Assembly: GCA_030704615.1 (NCBI GenBank) | Contig: CM060734.1 | Coordinates: 26,288,001-26,352,000, forward strand | Reading direction: 5' to 3' | DNA from: Takakia lepidozioides | Lineage: Eukaryota > Plantae > Bryophyta | DNA length: 64,000 bases | Shown: positions 62,287-64,000 of the stretch, piece after piece | Layout of the letters: each line of letters opens with the position of its first letter | How positions within the stretch are numbered: the first letter of the stretch is position 1 | Notes under the pieces: model-generated | Databases searched by the model: none | What the model saw: only the letters and a program-made list of their open reading frames with translations | What the model was told of the DNA's origin: nothing | Program-made: the position numbers and the translations under genes

Positions 62287-64000
62287 ACTGCAGACAACGA
62301 TGGGTTTGCAGTTGTTCATGAGGATGAGCTGGTTACAGTGTTCCCACTGGAATTGGGTTCTCTGCTTGTTCAAAAAGAGGTATATGACGAGGATGGGAAT
62401 TTGGATTCTGGACACTTGGAGAAACCATTGGTTGGCGAGTGTGGAAGGAAGTGGAGAGTCCTTCCAGGCACATACCGTGTCCTTGGAAAAGAGAGAAGAC
62501 AATCAGCAGGATCAGTCATTACCCCTGGAACTGCAGCATCGGTCGTGCAGCAAAAGGGCACAGTTCATGTGAAACAAGAGGTGAGCACATCCACTACATT
62601 CGTGACTCTTTTAGACTCGTCCTCGGAGGATGTTTTTGAGATTCCTCTGCCAGTGCAGACTCCATTCTTGGATGACGACGAATTGCAAGAGATAACGAGT
62701 GTCATTCCAAAATTGAAAGCCCTCGCAGGGGTGCCTGGGTGCAAGAGCGAGCTGCGTTTTGTTGATTGGGAGTCCCTTCGTGTGCAGCGGGTTCAATACG
62801 TGCCAGCAGAGTTTGATGGGAACATCTTGTTTGAGCTCAACCCTCCCACGTCTTCCAATGGACTGGCTGGGCTTCTGCAGGGCATAGACAATAAACATGA
62901 CGGACACCCTTGGTGCAGGACATAAACGTCGAACATCCACAACGACATTGGATTGAAATTTCGAAGGTCGGTTTGCGTTGGGCATTGCAAGTGCCTGAAT
63001 ATTTCTTGCCCTCGGATGAGAAACAGTGCTCAACCAAACGAAAGTGAGTGGGAAGGTGTGCCCCTGAATCCTTTCACCCCAGGACTTGCCCCTCCCAAGA
63101 CCAATACTTTTGTGTGCAGGTTCTGCAAACTTTCCCCGTCCTGTGTTTCTGTGTGCCACGCTCGTATGTACCAGGTGGCACACCAATGCAAGACAATGAC
63201 TCGTGTCTGCATTCATATGGGTGCACACGAGCATCCTGTGTCCAAAGGAAGTTGCAGGGATAGCGTGGACATCGCTAGAAATCTGCTGAAGCAGGAGTTC
63301 CACAATGCCCATTGTGCAACACCTTCTGCTATAGCGCTTGCAGCTAGCAAGGCTTTCCTGGAAAAACACATATTGGGTGAAGGGGATTCGACACAACCAA
63401 TGCTGGATGCAGATTTGCTTGATGCAGTGATAGACCATTTCTCCGTGTTGAGCTCTCCCAATATTCGAAACCAGGTGAATGCACTCAGAATCGGCACAGG
63501 CACTGCTGGATTCATGGACAACATTATGGACCTCAAATGGAGAAGTCGCTATGAATTCATTCAAAACAATATCTTCCCTAGCCAGGGCTCGTCCAAGGTG
63601 TATTTGTTCAAGATGTCCGCAGTGGGCGAAGGCAGTGGTGTGAGCATTGTCCGCCGAATGCAACTTGGAGGAGATTTGGCTAAATGTTGGTTGATGTTTG
63701 ATCACTGCAAACGGATGAAGGGTTGGGCAACCATGGCGTGCCATGTGTATGATCCAGCGTACCAGCGTGTGCTCTCAATAACAATTTGTAATATGCAGTC
63801 GGAGGACACTGAATCCCAGATGCTCATGTGGAATTCGCTCTTGGTCGTCATGCAGCGCAATGGAATACATAACACAAATTTTGCGGGCTTCATGGCTGAT
63901 AGTGCACAGGAAAATTTCAATGCAGTGCGGCGCGTGTTTGGTTCGGGGGATCCTAAGGTCCCAATGGAAAATAGGGAGCGCACATGCCTCTTCCATTGGA
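62287..64000 (+). mobile_element. Mutator-related transposase, copy 2 (one in-frame stop at 62923; runs off the window)
   Basis: KHDGHPWCRT*TSNIHND...CVGHCKCLNISC...CRFC...C...HMGAHEHP; WLMFDH, FAGFMADSAQEN, ERTCLFHW (MULE-type D..D..CxxH). Confidence 0.88.

Noticed and set aside
62611-63744. 377-aa minus-strand ORF
   Set aside because: Antisense shadow of the plus-strand transposase; no recognisable motifs.

Overview
Eukaryotic, transposon-dense plant DNA with a 500-N gap at 48887-49386. HAK/KUP, DUF1442 and RPA49-like sequences point to a land plant; a non-flowering lineage is my inference from the TE families. Host-type genes are few and look damaged: a HAK exon, a DUF1442 ORF and an RPA49-like gene. 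The rest is nested TEs: a LINE, a PIF/Harbinger, several Ty3/Gypsy families, a MULE, a CACTA and MITEs. Main candidate system: a Mutator-related transposon family (GCM/WRKY-like Zn finger, DDE core, SWIM) with TGCA ends and GCGTGAGC-rich subterminal repeats. It is linked by shared termini, a shared exon and shared CGG(C/T)GCCG-centred hairpin arrays to an intron-containing, bacterial-type beta-class N4/N6 DNA methyltransferase gene (709-3043). Second oddity: a Gypsy family whose integrase ends in a PHD finger and whose 3' end has an A-B-A direct-repeat structure in three diverged copies. All family calls are by-eye motif recognition; no database search was run.
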